64,000 nt of DNA from Dudresnaya verticillata. Taxonomy: Eukaryota. The notes under the pieces are model-generated. The model had not been told where the DNA came from and made no database searches. It saw nothing but the letters and a program-made list of their open reading frames with translations. Below, piece by piece: positions 63,150 to 64,000 of the stretch (its first letter is position 1; each line of letters opens with the position of its first letter). Position numbers and translations under genes: made by a program. Where the stretch lies: positions 2,170,001 through 2,234,000 of the forward strand of contig OZ374561.1 of the NCBI GenBank assembly GCA_977862235.1, read 5' to 3'.

Positions 63150-64000
63150 ATGACGCCCACCACTGCCCCCGTGCAGCACCTCTTCGTCCTGCATGCAGCC
63201 ATCCGGTCGGCCACCTCAAAGCTCCTGCGCTCGGTCCACACCCTGTCGGCACTGGCCCCGGATGCCCATCTGGACGACCTGGGGCGCAGGGTTCAACTCC
63301 TCGCCGACATTGTCCTGGCCCACTGCATGGTCGAGGACCGCACCGTCCTGCCCGTCCTACGCGCCGCCGCTGAGAAGAGCAACAAGTCTGCAGCCGTCAT
63401 CCCGTCTTTTTCCCCACACGACCGCCCCGCCAAGCGCCCACGCACCTCGGCCTCGCCGGCCTCCGTCCTGCTGGAGGACACCCACGTCGAGCATGCGCAG
63501 CTCAACTCCACCTTTCGCAGCCTCAAGGCAGCCATCACACGCCTCAGAGCAGCCTCCATGCTCACCGCCTCGGCCCCCGACCAGCCACCTGCGGAGGGCG
63601 CAGAGTCCAGACCCGCCAGTCCTGTCCTCACCAGGGTCGATGCCATAGCCCGCGTCCGCGAGGAGGCCAAGCGCATGAGTGATCTCGTTTACCACCACAT
63701 GCACGCCGAGGAGGAGCATATTCTACCGCTGTGCGCGCGTTACCTGAGCCTGGCCGAGCAACGCCAGTTGCTCGTCCAATGTATGCATGCTACGGTTTCC
63801 GTCGCGCATCTGCCCGACGCTTTTCGCTTTGTCTCGCGTGACGATTTAGCCGGCTTGTTCTCTGCGCTAGGTGATTGCGCTTCCCAAGAAGATTTGCGCA
63901 GCGTCGCGTCCGCCATTGCGTCCGGCTTCTCGCTTGACGAGTGGGCTGCCCTGTGCAAACGAGTAGATGGACTGGGAGAGCTGGTTACACCAAAACATAA
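63150..64000 (+). CDS. Hemerythrin-domain protein, BRUTUS/HRZ-like iron sensor; 5' part only, runs off the window
   Basis: Manual translation, absent from the track because there is no stop: MTPTTAPVQHLFVLHAAIR...HCMVEDRTVLP...EH...HMHAEEEHILPLCARYLSLAEQ gives the HHE ligand pattern H, HxxxE, H, HxxxE. Confidence 0.8.
   Translation, partial: MTPTTAPVQHLFVLHAAIRSATSKLLRSVHTLSALAPDAHLDDLGRRVQLLADIVLAHCMVEDRTVLPVLRAAAEKSNKSAAVIPSFSPHDRPAKRPRTSASPASVLLEDTHVEHAQLNSTFRSLKAAITRLRAASMLTASAPDQPPAEGAESRPASPVLTRVDAIARVREEAKRMSDLVYHHMHAEEEHILPLCARYLSLAEQRQLLVQCMHATVSVAHLPDAFRFVSRDDLAGLFSALGDCASQEDLRSVASAIASGFSLDEWAALCKRVDGLGELVTPKH

Overview
This is eukaryotic nuclear DNA, gene-dense and intron-poor, with short GT-AG introns carrying CTAAC/CTGAC branch points and several Ala/Pro/Arg-rich plastid-type transit peptides. 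By inference it is most likely a red alga. About 22 protein-coding genes are supportable: a secreted Cys-rich protein, SAM methyltransferase, OTU deubiquitinase, phage-type organellar RNA polymerase, F-box/SPRY/UBL protein, a protein of six tandem CAP/Srv2 helical-folded domains (HFD), an FHA + forkhead-like protein, SAL1/HAL2 nucleotidase, a solo HFD paralog, SEC-C/YchJ protein, FANCB-like protein, CDK8/CDKE, proteasome chaperone PAC1, DUF1995 protein, CABIN1/Hir3, a DrrA-type ABC ATPase, RPL5, PRA1, SEC12, TWD40-1/TTRAY1, a bZIP factor and a BRUTUS-like hemerythrin protein cut off by the window end. A full-length Ty1/copia LTR retrotransposon occupies 12446-19684, with 992-bp apparently identical LTRs, a TGAAT target-site duplication, a half-tRNA-iMet primer site and one RT frameshift. 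The standout is the single-chain six-HFD CAP-like protein, which lacks the usual CAP C-terminal half, together with a nearby inverted solo-HFD gene; the pair is a candidate novel actin-disassembly system. All family assignments come from motif recognition by eye; no database search was run.
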